This document shows, one piece after another, positions 49,373 to 62,239 of a stretch of 64,000 bases of DNA. The notes under the pieces are model-generated. The model ran no database searches, had not been told where the DNA came from, and was given only the letters and a program-made list of their open reading frames with translations. How positions within the stretch are numbered: the stretch's first letter is position 1; each line of letters opens with the position of its first letter. Location of the stretch: positions 192,001 to 256,000 of the forward strand of contig CAVSGO010000008.1 in the NCBI GenBank assembly GCA_963727525.1. Reading direction: 5' to 3'. A program made the translations under genes and the position numbers. The stretch is from an uncultured bacterium (GTDB taxonomy: Bacteria; Krumholzibacteriota; Krumholzibacteriia; LZORAL124-64-63).

Positions 49373-50896
49373 GTGTCGGCCACGGCTTCTCGCAGCGTCG
49401 CGAAGAACACCGTCCTGCTCACCCTCGGGGTGATGTCGGGGCGCATCCTCGCGCTCTTCATCCAGAAGAAGATGACGCCGATCCTCGGCCCGGACGGGAT
49501 GGGCATCTTCGCACTGGCCACCGACCTCACGTCGATCTTCCTGGTGATCACGAATTTCGGTCTCGGCACGCTGATGACGCGCGAGGTCACCAGGAACCGC
49601 GGGAACTCGGGCGCCGTGCTCTGGGGCGCCATGCAGGTCCGGCTGGCGCTCGGCGTTCTGGGCTATCTCGGCATGATCGCTTACATCGCCATCAGTCGCG
49701 AGGCGCCGCTGACCCGCGCCGCCGTGCTCGTCACCGGGCTCACGCTCTTCGTCGAGTCGGGCGCGATGGCCTGCGATGCGGTGCTGCAGGGCCACGACAA
49801 GGTGATTCACCAGACGACGAGCCAGTTCGTATCGGCCGCCGTGTACTTCGTGCTTGGACTCTGGTTCCTCGATCTCGGCTGGGGCGTGATGGGCGTGATC
49901 TGGGCGAATCTGGCCAGTCGCGTGGCGCGCCTGCTCGTGATTGCACCGTTGATGTTCCGCAACTGCGGCCCCTGGCGCTGGCGGACGGCGAGCGGCGAGG
50001 GATCGAGCGTGATGTGGATGCTCAAGCTCGGCCTGCCGATGTTCCTGGCCACCACCTTCGGCATCATCTCCTACAAGGTCGACACCGTCATGCTCAGCGC
50101 CATGGTCGGCAAGGCGGCCACGGGTATCTACTTCCTCGGCCATCGTGCCCTCGACGTGCTGCTCATCGCCCCGAACATCTTCGCCACAGCCTTCTTTCCG
50201 GCGCTGGCCCGCTACGCGACGCAGTCGGATTCCGACACCGTGCGCATGGGCGAGCGGGCGCTGCGCTTCATGGTGATCCTCGCCCTGCCCCTCTCGCTCT
50301 TCTTCACCTTCGTGTCCGGACCGATCATCGACTGGTTCGCCCGCGGCACCGACGACGCCAGCCCCGTCACCTTCGCGGCCTCGGTGCACGTGATGCGGAT
50401 CGTGGTCTGGGGCTTGCCGTTCGTGGCCATCAACCACGTCTTCAACCGGCTGCTCATCACCGCGGGGCGCGAGCGGGCGTTCACGATCATCGGGCTCGTG
50501 GCCATGCTCGTGAACGTGACACTGAACACGTTGCTGATCCCCCGCTACACCTACTACGGGGCGGGTGTGGCCACCGTGATCAGCCTGGGGGTGAGTTGCA
50601 TCATGCACGCCGCGTATCTGCGGCGCACGGCTCACCGGCCACCAATGCGACGCTCGCTGATCGGCGGGACGCTGGCGCTTGCGGTGGGCTGGTTCGCGAC
50701 GGCGGCCCTGCTGCGCCTCCTGCATCCGGCCTGGTTCGCCGGCTGGTTCGCACTGCCCACCGATCGCGGGCTCCCGGCCTTCCTGGTGGCGTGCCTCCTG
50801 GCGGGCGTGTGCTATGTCGGCGCCATCTTCGGCCTGCGCGTCCTGAGGCGCGACGATCTGCAGCTCCTGGGGTCCCTGGTGACGCGTCGGGGTTGA
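49373..50896 (+). CDS. Polysaccharide flippase (Wzx/MOP family)
   Basis: VAKNT, ILGPDGMG, NFGLGTLMTRE, KVDTVML, LNTLLIPRY and many TM helices. Confidence 0.9.
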   Translation: MSATASRSVAKNTVLLTLGVMSGRILALFIQKKMTPILGPDGMGIFALATDLTSIFLVITNFGLGTLMTREVTRNRGNSGAVLWGAMQVRLALGVLGYLGMIAYIAISREAPLTRAAVLVTGLTLFVESGAMACDAVLQGHDKVIHQTTSQFVSAAVYFVLGLWFLDLGWGVMGVIWANLASRVARLLVIAPLMFRNCGPWRWRTASGEGSSVMWMLKLGLPMFLATTFGIISYKVDTVMLSAMVGKAATGIYFLGHRALDVLLIAPNIFATAFFPALARYATQSDSDTVRMGERALRFMVILALPLSLFFTFVSGPIIDWFARGTDDASPVTFAASVHVMRIVVWGLPFVAINHVFNRLLITAGRERAFTIIGLVAMLVNVTLNTLLIPRYTYYGAGVATVISLGVSCIMHAAYLRRTAHRPPMRRSLIGGTLALAVGWFATAALLRLLHPAWFAGWFALPTDRGLPAFLVACLLAGVCYVGAIFGLRVLRRDDLQLLGSLVTRRG

Positions 50897-50984
50897 CCGG
50901 GCGGCGCGATTCCGCTAAACGGTGGAGGTCGTCATTCCGGCGTCGGCCCGGCCGGCGCGAGCCCGCACCCGCCGAGGTCCACCC

Positions 50985-52655
50985 ATGATGGAAGCGCTCC
51001 GCCAGCTCTCCGTGAACCTGTCCGGCGCCGTCTGGGGCTGGCCCGACGCCGTCCCGTTCATGGTGGGCGCCCTGCTGCTGACGGGCCTGTTCACCACGGC
51101 ATCGCTGCGGTTCATCCAGCTACGCAAACTCAAGCACAGCCTCGACGTCATCCGCGGTCGCTACGACGACCCGAGCGACGAGGGCGACCTGTCCCACTTC
51201 CAGGCGCTGACCACGGCGCTGTCGGCGACCGTGGGCATCGGCAACATCGCCGGCGTGGCCACGGCGATCCACTACGGCGGCCCGGGCGCCCTCTTCTGGA
51301 TGTGGGTGACGGCGGTGTTCGGCATGGCGCTGAAGTATGCCGAGTGCACGCTCTCCATGCGCTACCGGGTGATCCTCGCCGACGGTTCCGCCAGCGGCGG
51401 CCCGATGTACTACATCGAGCGCGGTCTGGGTCATCGCTGGAAACCCCTGGCCGTGGCCTTCGCCCTCTGCGCCGTGATCTGCAGCTTCGGCACCGGGAAC
51501 GCCATCCAGGCCTTCACCGTGGCCGACCAGATCCGGGTCGACCTCGGGGTGCCGACCTGGATCACCGGCATCGTGTCGGCGTCGCTCGTGGCGGCCGTGA
51601 TCCTGGGCGGGATCAAGCGCATCGGCGCGGTGACCAGCCGGCTCGTGCCATACATGGCGATCATCTATGCAGCCGGGGCCGTCCTGGTGCTCCTGCTGAA
51701 CCTGCCGCGGATCCCGGCGATGATGGTCGAGATCGTCCGCTCGGCCTTCCAGCCGGCGGCCGGGCTGGGGGGATTCGCGGGCGGCACCTTCGTCTTCATG
51801 CTCACCTGGGGTGTGAAGCGCGGCCTCTTCAGCAACGAGTCGGGCCAGGGTTCGGCGCCCATCGCCCATGCCGCGGCCAAGACCGACGAACCGGTGCGCG
51901 AGGGCGTGGTGGCGATGATGGGTCCCCTCATCGACACCCTCATCATCTGCACGATGACCGGGCTCGTGATCCTCAGCACGGGTGTCTGGCACGAGCGGCG
52001 CGACATCGAGGTGCCGGTCAATGCCCAGTCGGCGATCACAGTGGTGGCGAGCGGTACCCAGGTCCTGCCCAATGGCCGGGTGCCCGAGAGGGAGCTGTTC
52101 ACCGGCGCGTTGACGGTGACCGACGGCGCCCCGGCCGGCGCGGCCATCGTGGTGAATCACAGCGTCGTCGCGGCGCCCCGGCTGCGGCTGAACGGCCAGG
52201 CCTGGTCGGGCTCGCTGCCGGTCGACGGCGGCGCCATCGACCTGCCCACGGCCTCGGGCCTCACCCTTGCCGGCGGCATGGCGCTGAACGGGTCCCCCCT
52301 GACGGCCTGGGCGTTCGAACGCGGCCTGGCCAACGTGCTGGGGCGCTGGGGCTTCCTGATCGTGACCGTTGGCGTGGTCCTCTTCGGCATCTCCACGGCC
52401 ATCAGCTGGAGCTACTACGGCGACCGGGCCATCTGCTACCTGGTAGGCCCGGGGTACGTGCGGCCCTACAAGATCTTGTACTGCATCATGAACTTCCTGG
52501 GGGCCATCTTCTCCCTGGAGATCGTCTGGAACTTCGGCGACGCCGCCCTGGGTCTGATGGCGCTGCCGAACCTCCTGGCGCTCATCCTCCTGAACGGGAA
52601 ATTGCGGGCGATGACCCAGGAATACTTCAGCCGCGAGCACGTCCCGGACCGGTGA
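50985..52655 (+). CDS. Sodium:alanine/glycine symporter (AGCS family)
   Basis: LSATVGIGNIAGVA, GGPGALFWMW, GGPMYY, RGLFSNESGQGS, DTLIICTMT and MALPNL. Confidence 0.95.
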   Translation: MMEALRQLSVNLSGAVWGWPDAVPFMVGALLLTGLFTTASLRFIQLRKLKHSLDVIRGRYDDPSDEGDLSHFQALTTALSATVGIGNIAGVATAIHYGGPGALFWMWVTAVFGMALKYAECTLSMRYRVILADGSASGGPMYYIERGLGHRWKPLAVAFALCAVICSFGTGNAIQAFTVADQIRVDLGVPTWITGIVSASLVAAVILGGIKRIGAVTSRLVPYMAIIYAAGAVLVLLLNLPRIPAMMVEIVRSAFQPAAGLGGFAGGTFVFMLTWGVKRGLFSNESGQGSAPIAHAAAKTDEPVREGVVAMMGPLIDTLIICTMTGLVILSTGVWHERRDIEVPVNAQSAITVVASGTQVLPNGRVPERELFTGALTVTDGAPAGAAIVVNHSVVAAPRLRLNGQAWSGSLPVDGGAIDLPTASGLTLAGGMALNGSPLTAWAFERGLANVLGRWGFLIVTVGVVLFGISTAISWSYYGDRAICYLVGPGYVRPYKILYCIMNFLGAIFSLEIVWNFGDAALGLMALPNLLALILLNGKLRAMTQEYFSREHVPDR

Positions 52656-52756
52656 CGGGGGTCGCAGAATCCCCCTTGTGCATGGGCCGGGATTGCCACT
52701 AGATTTCCGGCGGGATGGAGGATGGACACGGACATCAGGATGGAGGGTAACCGGGC

Positions 52757-53023
52757 ATGAGCCAGGCGTTTTGCTCCCATTGCGGCGGCGAGATCGAGGG
52801 CGTGGGCATCCGGCATCGGGGCCATCTCTTCTGCGGCGACGAGTGCTGCGATTCCTTCGAGGCGGAGTTCGTCTCCCGCGGTGTACCCGGGGCGGACGAA
52901 CTCGCAGACGACGACTTCGAGGACGACGAGGAATTCGAACTCGAGGATGAGGATTTCGAGGATGATGATGACCTGGATGACGATGCTCTCGGATCCGACG
53001 GCGACGACGACCGCGACTACTAG
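52757..53023 (+). CDS. Small Cys-rich (TRASH/zinc-finger-like) protein with highly acidic tail
   Basis: CSHCG...FCGDECC followed by a D/E-rich tail. GGAGGG RBS. Confidence 0.75.
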   Translation: MSQAFCSHCGGEIEGVGIRHRGHLFCGDECCDSFEAEFVSRGVPGADELADDDFEDDEEFELEDEDFEDDDDLDDDALGSDGDDDRDY

Positions 53024-53043
53024 CCACGAATAGCGATTGCTTG

Positions 53044-53091
53044 AAACGAAAGGCCGGGCGCCGCGGTGCGGTGCCCGGCCCGTTCGGTTTC
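53044..53091. terminator. Hairpin between convergent genes (likely bidirectional terminator)
   Basis: GGCCGGGCGCCGC-GGT-GCGGTGCCCGGCC, flanked by an A-rich and a T-rich segment. Confidence 0.6.
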
Positions 53092-53099
53092 GCGTCGCG

Positions 53100-53447
53100 T
53101 CAGCCGCAGCTCGAGCAGCCGCCGCCGCAGCTGTCGCCGCCGCCCTGCTGGTTCAGTCGCAGCATGTAGCCGCGCTGGTGCTTCTCGTCGACGAAGTCGA
53201 TCGTCAGCCCACCGCTCTGCTGCACGACGTCCGAGGTCTGAGGATCGACCAGGAGCTTGTATTCGCCCTGGTCCACGATCATGTCGTCCTGATGCGGCTC
53301 ATCCAGAGCCATGCCAAGGGCCGGGCCGCTTCAGCCAAACCCCTGGACGAAGACCCGCACACCCTTGCCGTCGTGCTCCGCGAAATCGAAGGCGCCGAAG
53401 GCAGTATTGGCGGCGTCGGTCACCTGGATCAATGTGCTCTCGCTCAC
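53100..53447 (-). CDS. HesB/IscA-like selenoprotein (in-frame UGA at 53331-53333)
   Basis: IQVTDAA...VRVFVQGFG-U-SGPALGMALDE...LLVD...TIDF...SCGGGCSSCG. The two ORF-track pieces are in one frame, separated only by the UGA. Confidence 0.88.
53296..53310 (-). promoter_or_regulatory. Candidate SECIS hairpin of the HesB-like gene
   Basis: GGCTC-TGGAT-GAGCC starts 20 nt after the UGA, with G at loop position 2. Confidence 0.5.
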
Positions 53448-53717
53448 GCGCACCGTCCTGTTTGCTGAACCCGGGCGCCGGCCGCGGCGTTGCGTCGGCG
53501 ACCCTGTCTCAATCGAGAGAAACCTAGTCGGCGGACGACGTTTTCGCAAGCGCCGTGCCAGTTGGTGAGAGCGGTTGCAAACTGCCAATTCCAGGTTGAA
53601 TGCGAGTTTACTTTCACCTGTTAGCGCCTTAACTTCGGGGTTCGCGACCCCTCGATCGCGGTCCTGCGCCGCTGTGAGGTCACCTGCGGGCTCCATTTCT
53701 ACCGAAGAGGGACGAGC

Positions 53718-54938
53718 ATGAGCATCAGCCTGATCGCAAGGGAGCTCAGAGAATCGGCCACCCTGAAGATGAACGAGCGGGTGGCGATCATGCGCGCCAA
53801 GGGCGACCCCGTCATCCACCTCGGCGGCGGCGAACCCAAGAGTCGAGCCCCGATCGACGCCCTCGTGGCCGCGGCCGGCATGCTCAATTCCGGTGAAGTC
53901 CGCTACACCCCGGCTTATGGCACGCCGGAGATGAAGGCCGCGATCATCCGCTACACTGCAGATCACTACGGATACCGGCCGACCCCGGAGATGGTCATGG
54001 CGTCGGGGGGAGCCAAGCAGGCGATCATGTGCGCGCTACAAGCGATCCTCAACCCGCAGGACGAGGTCGTGTTTCCGGCGCCGTACTGGGTGAGCTATCC
54101 CGAGATGGTGAAGATGTGCGGTGCCATCCCGGTGCCGGCCGCGCCGGTCGACGGTGGCTACGTGCCGCGCATCGAGGACATCAAGATGCGGCTGTCGTCG
54201 AATACCCGCTGCATCATGATCAACAGCCCGAACAATCCGTCGGGCGCCATCTATCCCGAGTCGTTCATCAAGGACGTGGTCGCTCTCTGTGAAAAGGAGG
54301 GCTACTACCTGATCATGGACGACATCTACAACCGCCTCGTCTTCGGCGGCAAGCGCGTGCCCAATCCCATCGCGCTGGCCAGCGATTTCGGCAGCGAGCG
54401 CTGCAAGATGATCGTCATCAACGGTGTGTCGAAGGTCTACGCCATGACCGGTTTCCGCATCGGGTGGGCCGTGGCGAGCAAGCCGATCATTGAGACCATG
54501 GCGATCATCCAGTCGCACCAGACCAGCGGTCCCTCGGCTCTGCTGCAGAAGGCGGCCGTGGCGGCGATCAACGGTACGCAGAACTGCGTGGACAACCTGG
54601 TGATGACCCTCGAGAACAACGCCAAGGTCATGGTCGAGCGCCTGCACGCGTTCTCGGGCATCAAGGTGCTCCCGCCGGAGGGTACGTTCTACTGCTTCGC
54701 CGATTTCTCCGCCTACGAGAAGAACAGCACCAAGCTCGCCGAGTTCTTGCTCGACAAGGTGATGGTGTGCACCGTGCCAGGCATCGAGTTCGGCATGGAG
54801 GGGCACCTGCGCCTGAGTACCTGCGGGTCGTCGAAGGAGATCATCCAGGGCATCGAGCGCATCAAGTGGGCGCTCGACCTCGACTCGCCGAACGAGCTGT
54901 ACATCGGTGGCCGCAAACTCGTGAGGGACTGGACATGA
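53718..54938 (+). CDS. PLP-dependent class I aminotransferase (aspartate aminotransferase-like)
   Basis: GEP, GAKQA, PYWVSY, NSPNNPSG, DDIY and SKVYAMTGFRIG. Confidence 0.93.
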   Translation: MSISLIARELRESATLKMNERVAIMRAKGDPVIHLGGGEPKSRAPIDALVAAAGMLNSGEVRYTPAYGTPEMKAAIIRYTADHYGYRPTPEMVMASGGAKQAIMCALQAILNPQDEVVFPAPYWVSYPEMVKMCGAIPVPAAPVDGGYVPRIEDIKMRLSSNTRCIMINSPNNPSGAIYPESFIKDVVALCEKEGYYLIMDDIYNRLVFGGKRVPNPIALASDFGSERCKMIVINGVSKVYAMTGFRIGWAVASKPIIETMAIIQSHQTSGPSALLQKAAVAAINGTQNCVDNLVMTLENNAKVMVERLHAFSGIKVLPPEGTFYCFADFSAYEKNSTKLAEFLLDKVMVCTVPGIEFGMEGHLRLSTCGSSKEIIQGIERIKWALDLDSPNELYIGGRKLVRDWT

Positions 54939-56605
54939 CGAAGTACCTGAAGATCGCCTCGCCGGCCCAGTCGCACGCCAAGGATCTCGCCAGCGACTTC
55001 GGTCTGGACAACCACGGTCTCATGGAGCTGAAGCGCTCGTACTGGAATCTCAGCGAGGAGGCTCTCTACGAGGAGTTCGTCTTCCGGGGCGAGGGCCATA
55101 TCGTCAACGGCGGGCCGATGCTGGTGTCCACGGGACAGTGGACCGCGCGTGCGGCCCAGGACAAGTACGTGGTGCGCGAACACGGGACGGAGGATCGCGT
55201 CTGGTGGGGCGAGTACAACCGCCCTCTCGCGCCCGACAAGTTCACCAACCTCTTCGCCCGCGTGCAGAGCTATCTGCAGGGCGAGGAGGTCTTCGTCCAG
55301 GACGTGTACTGCGGCCAGGATACCGAGCACCGGCTCGCCGTGCGCATCATCACGCAGGACGCCTGGCAGAGCCTCTTCGCGCGCAACATGTTCGTGAAGC
55401 CGGTGGCGCGGCAAGAGTACAAGGATTTCGTGCCCGACTTCACGCTGATCGCGGTGCCCCACTTCAAGTGCGATCCGCGCATCGACGGCACGCGCACGGC
55501 CACCGCCATGGTCATCAACTTCGCCGAGCGCAAGGCGCTGGTGGCGGGATCATTCTACGCGGGTGAGATCAAGAAGACCATCTTCACGGTGATGAACTTC
55601 CTCAAGCCTCTCGACGGCGTGCTGGCCATGCACTGCTCGGCCAACGTCGATTTCGACCTGAAGGAGCCGGCGCTGTTCTTCGGACTGTCGGGGACGGGCA
55701 AGACGACGCTGTCGGCCGATCCCACGCGCGCCCTCATCGGCGACGACGAGCACGGCTGGTCGGAAAGCGGCATCTTCAACTTCGAGGGCGGCTGTTACGC
55801 GAAGGTGATCCGGCTTTCGTCCGAACACGAGCCGCAGATCCACGCCTGCACGCACCGCTTCGGCACCATCCTCGAGAACGTGGTGTTCGACCCGTCGACC
55901 CGCAAGCTCGACCTCGCCGACGACAAGCTCACCGAGAATACGCGCGCCAGCTATCCGCTCAGCTTCATCGAGGGCGTGCTCGAGGCCGGCAAGGTGGACG
56001 CGCAACCGCGCAACATCATCCTGCTCACCTGCGATGCTCAGGGCGTGATGCCCCCCATCGCGCGCCTGTCGGCGGAGCAGGTGATCTACTACTTCATCAG
56101 CGGCTACACGGCGAAGATCGCGGGCACCGAGATCGGCCTGGGCATCGAGCCGGAGATCACCTTCAGCGCCTGCTTCGGGGCGCCGTTCATGGTGCACCAC
56201 CCGTTCGTCTATGCCGACATGCTGCGCGCGAAGATGGAGGCGGCTGGCGCCCAGTGCTGGCTCGTCAACACCGGCTGGACCGGCGGGCCCTTCGGTGTGG
56301 GGAAGCGCATCTCCATCCGCCACACCCGCGGCATGCTCAACGCGGCGCTCGAGGGCAAGCTCACCAAGGTGAAGTACCGGGAGGATCCGCTCTTCGGGTT
56401 CCACGTGCCGGCCACCTGCCCGGACGTGCCGGCCGACGTGCTCGAGCCGTCCAACAGCTGGGGCGACAAGAAGGAGTACTGGCACCGTTACGATGCCCTG
56501 GCCGCCCGCTTCCGCGAGAACTTCAAGCTCTTCACGGACGGCGTGCCGGCCGAGATCATCGCGGCCGGCCCCAAGCGCCTGCGGGACGTGAAGATCGAGA
56601 TGTAG
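54935..56605 (+). CDS. pckA: Phosphoenolpyruvate carboxykinase (ATP)
   Basis: YAGEIKK, MHCSAN, FGLSGTGKTTLSAD, IGDDEHGW, NFEGGCYAK, ENTRASYP and LVNTGW. Confidence 0.97.
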   Translation: MTKYLKIASPAQSHAKDLASDFGLDNHGLMELKRSYWNLSEEALYEEFVFRGEGHIVNGGPMLVSTGQWTARAAQDKYVVREHGTEDRVWWGEYNRPLAPDKFTNLFARVQSYLQGEEVFVQDVYCGQDTEHRLAVRIITQDAWQSLFARNMFVKPVARQEYKDFVPDFTLIAVPHFKCDPRIDGTRTATAMVINFAERKALVAGSFYAGEIKKTIFTVMNFLKPLDGVLAMHCSANVDFDLKEPALFFGLSGTGKTTLSADPTRALIGDDEHGWSESGIFNFEGGCYAKVIRLSSEHEPQIHACTHRFGTILENVVFDPSTRKLDLADDKLTENTRASYPLSFIEGVLEAGKVDAQPRNIILLTCDAQGVMPPIARLSAEQVIYYFISGYTAKIAGTEIGLGIEPEITFSACFGAPFMVHHPFVYADMLRAKMEAAGAQCWLVNTGWTGGPFGVGKRISIRHTRGMLNAALEGKLTKVKYREDPLFGFHVPATCPDVPADVLEPSNSWGDKKEYWHRYDALAARFRENFKLFTDGVPAEIIAAGPKRLRDVKIEM

Positions 56606-56753
56606 TCGGCGCCAGGATCAGGCCCATGACCACGGCCGCGGCTTCCCTGGACGCTGCGGCCGTCTGCATTGGCGGCGCTGGCGCGGCCGCATGCCGGGTC
56701 AAGAGCTGAAGACTTTCGATTTGCGGCCGATGCTGACGGTGGGAGGTACCACC

Positions 56754-58226
56754 ATGACATCGGCCGATGTCTTTGCCCAGATCGAGACCATGGGCGGGTT
56801 GCCCAGCCTGCCTCGCACCTTGCTTTCCATCCAGCACGTGGCCAGCGACGAGCGGTCGAGCGCCGGGGACCTCGCGGCCTGCATCCGCGAGGACCATGCG
56901 CTCACCATGCGGGTGCTGAAGATGGTCAACAGCGTCATGTACCGGCGACGCGACGTGGAGCCGGTGCGCACGGTGCATCGCGCGGTCATCGTCATGGGTT
57001 TCGAGACGGTGCGCAAGCTCGCGCTGGGTCTCTCGGTGTTCGACATGATGAGCAAGTATTCCCGCTCGCCGCTGCTGGCCGATATCGCGCGGCACTCGCT
57101 GGTGACGGCCGGGCTCGCGCAGATCCTGGCCGAGGCGTCTCGACGCTTGCCGCCGGAGGAGGCCTTCGTGGCCGGCCTCGTGCACGACATCGGCAAGGTT
57201 GTGCTCATCGAGTGTTCGCCGGTCGCGATGGACGCCGTGCAAACCGACATCCGCTCGGGCATGTCACCGCTCACCGCCGAGCGCCGCCACTTCGGGATCA
57301 CGCACGATCGTGCCGGCCGCCGGCTCGCCGCGCAGTGGCAGCTCCCGCAGGATCTGCAAAACCTCATCGGTGACCACCACGACGTCGATCCCGAGGCGCC
57401 GCCGCGCCGGCTGGACGGCGTGCTCGCCATCACGGCCTATGCCAACGCGATCGCCCACTTCGACGACCCGCGCACCTCGCCGCCGCGCAACACTGCAATC
57501 CTGCGTCAGGCCATGCGGGTGCTCGGGATCCCGGCAGGGCGGCAGGAGGAGCTCTACCGCGCCATGGCGGCCGAGGTGCAGGACCTGTCGAGCCGGATCG
57601 GTGTGGAGGCGGGCGACCTCGCGGCTTATCACGAGGTGGTCAACGCCGACGGGAGCGCATCCGTGGCGCCACCGCGCCTCTCCGAGCCGGAGCTGGCACG
57701 GCGTACGGCCGACCAGCTCGCGCTCTACCGGCGCGTGGGCCAGGGAATGGCCAACGGCGACGACGCGGAGGTACTGGTGCCTCTGGTGCTGACGGGCGTC
57801 GTCGATATCCTCGGTTTCGAGCGCGCCGTGCTGCTGCGCACCGACCGCGGCCAGCACCGGCTCGCGCCCGTGGCGGCGGCCGGTCCCGGCGGCGACGATC
57901 TCGCGCCGCATCTGGCGTTGCCGTTGCGGGGCGACACGGGGGCACTCGCCCTCGCGGTGTTCGAGCGTCGCGCGTTACACGTGCCCGATGCCCGTAGCAG
58001 TGCCTACGGGAATCTGGTGGGTGACGCCCTGCTCACTGCGGCCGGATGTCGCGGCTTCGCCGTGGCGCCCATTTTCGCTTCCGGGCATGTGATCGCCGTG
58101 CTCTACGGCGACGGCGGTCGCGACGGCGCAGACATCAGCGCCGAACAGGCCGCCGAGCTCGACGGCCTGGCCGGGCAGCTCGGTCTGATCCTGGGACTGG
58201 GCGCTGTACCTGTGGAACGCTGCTAG
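56754..58226 (+). CDS. HDOD + GAF domain protein
   Basis: LPSLP, RVLKMVNS, HSL, AGLVHDIGK and HH; C-terminal GFERAVLL...FAVAPI...LYGD. Confidence 0.85.
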   Translation: MTSADVFAQIETMGGLPSLPRTLLSIQHVASDERSSAGDLAACIREDHALTMRVLKMVNSVMYRRRDVEPVRTVHRAVIVMGFETVRKLALGLSVFDMMSKYSRSPLLADIARHSLVTAGLAQILAEASRRLPPEEAFVAGLVHDIGKVVLIECSPVAMDAVQTDIRSGMSPLTAERRHFGITHDRAGRRLAAQWQLPQDLQNLIGDHHDVDPEAPPRRLDGVLAITAYANAIAHFDDPRTSPPRNTAILRQAMRVLGIPAGRQEELYRAMAAEVQDLSSRIGVEAGDLAAYHEVVNADGSASVAPPRLSEPELARRTADQLALYRRVGQGMANGDDAEVLVPLVLTGVVDILGFERAVLLRTDRGQHRLAPVAAAGPGGDDLAPHLALPLRGDTGALALAVFERRALHVPDARSSAYGNLVGDALLTAAGCRGFAVAPIFASGHVIAVLYGDGGRDGADISAEQAAELDGLAGQLGLILGLGAVPVERC

Positions 58227-58807
58227 CCGCTGAGGTCGTCGGCAAGCTCCTGGCGGGTCGCCTCGCCGAGCACGGCCTGGGCCTGGTAGCCGGGATGGTC
58301 GATCACGACGCGCACCACGGCTCCCTGCTGCCGCACGAGGTCTTGTCGGACCTCGTCGAGGGTCCAGCGCACGTATTGCACCGCCGACACGCGCGTGTGC
58401 GTGACCTGCGCCCCGTCGAAGACGGCACGCAGGGGCGGCGTGTCGCCGACCTGCAACCAGAGATGCGCGTCGATGCCCACGAGCTCCCGGAGGGAGTGGT
58501 CACGCTCCGCAGGCGTCTCGTACTCGAGCATGAGCGTTGCCGTCAGTTCGCCGTCGGCCGGCACGAGTGGATTGTAGGCTTCCAGTTCGTCCGCGATGGC
58601 GCCGGCGCGTTCCCAGCTGCCTTCCGCCCGCAACATCTCGTGGATCTGGTAGATCATCGTATCGCGCGTCTCGAAGTGCAGGGTCGCGTGATCGCCGAGG
58701 GCCACGCGCCGCCTGTTCTTCATCACCATGATGTGTCTGCGGGTGGTGTCGCGATCGCGCTGGTACGCGTCGCGATCCAGGATGTCGTCGCGGGTGATGC
58801 GCTTCAT
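58223..58807 (-). CDS. DUF3501 family protein
   Basis: [32 protein letters not shown] and SAVQY; located in the rubrerythrin cluster. Confidence 0.9.
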   Translation of the reverse strand: MKRITRDDILDRDAYQRDRDTTRRHIMVMKNRRRVALGDHATLHFETRDTMIYQIHEMLRAEGSWERAGAIADELEAYNPLVPADGELTATLMLEYETPAERDHSLRELVGIDAHLWLQVGDTPPLRAVFDGAQVTHTRVSAVQYVRWTLDEVRQDLVRQQGAVVRVVIDHPGYQAQAVLGEATRQELADDLSG

Positions 58808-60168
58808 GTCTCTCCTTCCAGGATCCGGTGCGCGAACCCATCGGGGCGGTACGCCCGGGCGAGGATCTCGATGGGGTGCAGAACCTTGCGGCCACAGGCC
58901 TGCTCGAACTGGATCGCGGCCAGCGGACAGTCGGTGGTCCAGATCTCGGCATCCACCTCGCGCATGCCGTCGAAGGCCTTCTGTCCGTTACGCATGGCCA
59001 GGTGGAAGTACTCCTTCTTCATGGCCCAGGTGCCGTCGTGGCCGCAGCATTCGGAGACCGCGCGCGGCTTCACGCCGGGGATGCGACGCATGAGATCGCG
59101 CCCGCGAAAGCCGACGTTCTGCATGCGCAGGTGGCAAGGGGCGTGGTAGGCCACCGGACCCTGGGGCGAGCTCCGGAAGTCTTCCTTGAAGTGGCCGTCC
59201 TGGCGTAGCTCGTGCAGGTACTCGCTGATATCTCGCGTGGCGGCCGCCACGGCGCGCGCGGCGACGGCCAGATCGGGATCGGCGGGATCGTCGAGCAGCT
59301 CCGGATACTCCTGGCGCATCATCAGACTGCACGTGGGATTGATGACGGCGATCTTGTAGCCACGCGCCACGTACAGTTGCAGGGCGCGCACGTTGTGCTC
59401 GGCCTTGCGCCGCGCGAGCTTCAGGTCGCCGCTGTCGAGTGCGGGCATCCCGCAGCACTGCACCGAGGGGCACGCGATCTTGCAGTCGTTGTGCTGCAGA
59501 ACAGCGAACGCCGCCTCTCCGACCGCCGGATTGTTGTAGGTGACGAAGCAGGTGGCGAAGAGCACCACCGGGTGCCGCCCGGTGGCCGTCTCCTCGCGTC
59601 CTCCCGTCTGCTTGCGGAACCACTGGTCGAAGGTGGTGCTCGCGAAGCGGGGCAGCAGCTTGTCGCGATGGATGCCGCCGGCCTTCTCCATCACGATGCG
59701 GTGCGGCCGCAACCTGTGCGCCCAGTTGGCCAGGCCCGCGGTGCGTGAGGCGAGGTGGCCCACCCGGTCGGGATCGGCGAGCAAGCGCTCACGCAAGGGG
59801 ATTCCCTCCTGCTCGCGGCGCTGCGCCCTGGCGCGAAGCATGAGGCGCGGGAAGTCGAGCTTGAACTCGTGACCCTCGGCCTCGGTATAGGGGCACTGCG
59901 TGTAGCATAGCTTGCATTGGAAACACTCGTTGACCACGCGGTTCTTCGTGGCCGTCGGCAGTGCGCGCACGCTGCCGTGGGTGTCCACGGCGTCGAAGAG
60001 CGTGGGAAACGACTGGCAGTACTTGAAGCACATGCGGCAGCTGTGGCACAGCTCGAAGCTGCGCTCCAACTCCCCGGCGAGGGCCGACTCATCCCAGTAC
60101 AGCGGATCGTTCGGATTGTACGTGAGTCCGTCGGTGGGATGGAAACGGATGTCGTCACGATCTGCCAT
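58804..60168 (-). CDS. Fe-S oxidoreductase (GlpC/HdrD-like, CCG domains)
   Basis: [38 protein letters not shown] and DCP. Confidence 0.92.
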   Translation of the reverse strand: MADRDDIRFHPTDGLTYNPNDPLYWDESALAGELERSFELCHSCRMCFKYCQSFPTLFDAVDTHGSVRALPTATKNRVVNECFQCKLCYTQCPYTEAEGHEFKLDFPRLMLRARAQRREQEGIPLRERLLADPDRVGHLASRTAGLANWAHRLRPHRIVMEKAGGIHRDKLLPRFASTTFDQWFRKQTGGREETATGRHPVVLFATCFVTYNNPAVGEAAFAVLQHNDCKIACPSVQCCGMPALDSGDLKLARRKAEHNVRALQLYVARGYKIAVINPTCSLMMRQEYPELLDDPADPDLAVAARAVAAATRDISEYLHELRQDGHFKEDFRSSPQGPVAYHAPCHLRMQNVGFRGRDLMRRIPGVKPRAVSECCGHDGTWAMKKEYFHLAMRNGQKAFDGMREVDAEIWTTDCPLAAIQFEQACGRKVLHPIEILARAYRPDGFAHRILEGET

Positions 60169-60236
60169 CAAGGTCCCCCCCGGCCGCGAGCGTCGGCGGC
60201 GGCCCGTGACGAGCCGCCGCCTCGACGCGGTGGTGT

Positions 60237-60653
<417 letters not shown>

Positions 60654-60740
60654 GGTTCTCTCCCCTTCCGTTGCAACCGGTTACAGTCCAAAATTTAGAC
60701 GTATTCTGATGGTGGAGTCCTCGCTGTCAATACTCGATTT

Positions 60741-62117
<1,377 letters not shown>

Positions 62118-62239
62118 GGCAACTCCCAGCGTCGGGGAACGGGTCGGGGGCGAGACGACAAGGCGCACAGGCTAGCCACGGGGCGCGTGGGGGGCAAGGT
62201 GCCGGCCCGCGGGGGGCGCGGGCCGGCATACCCGGTGGT

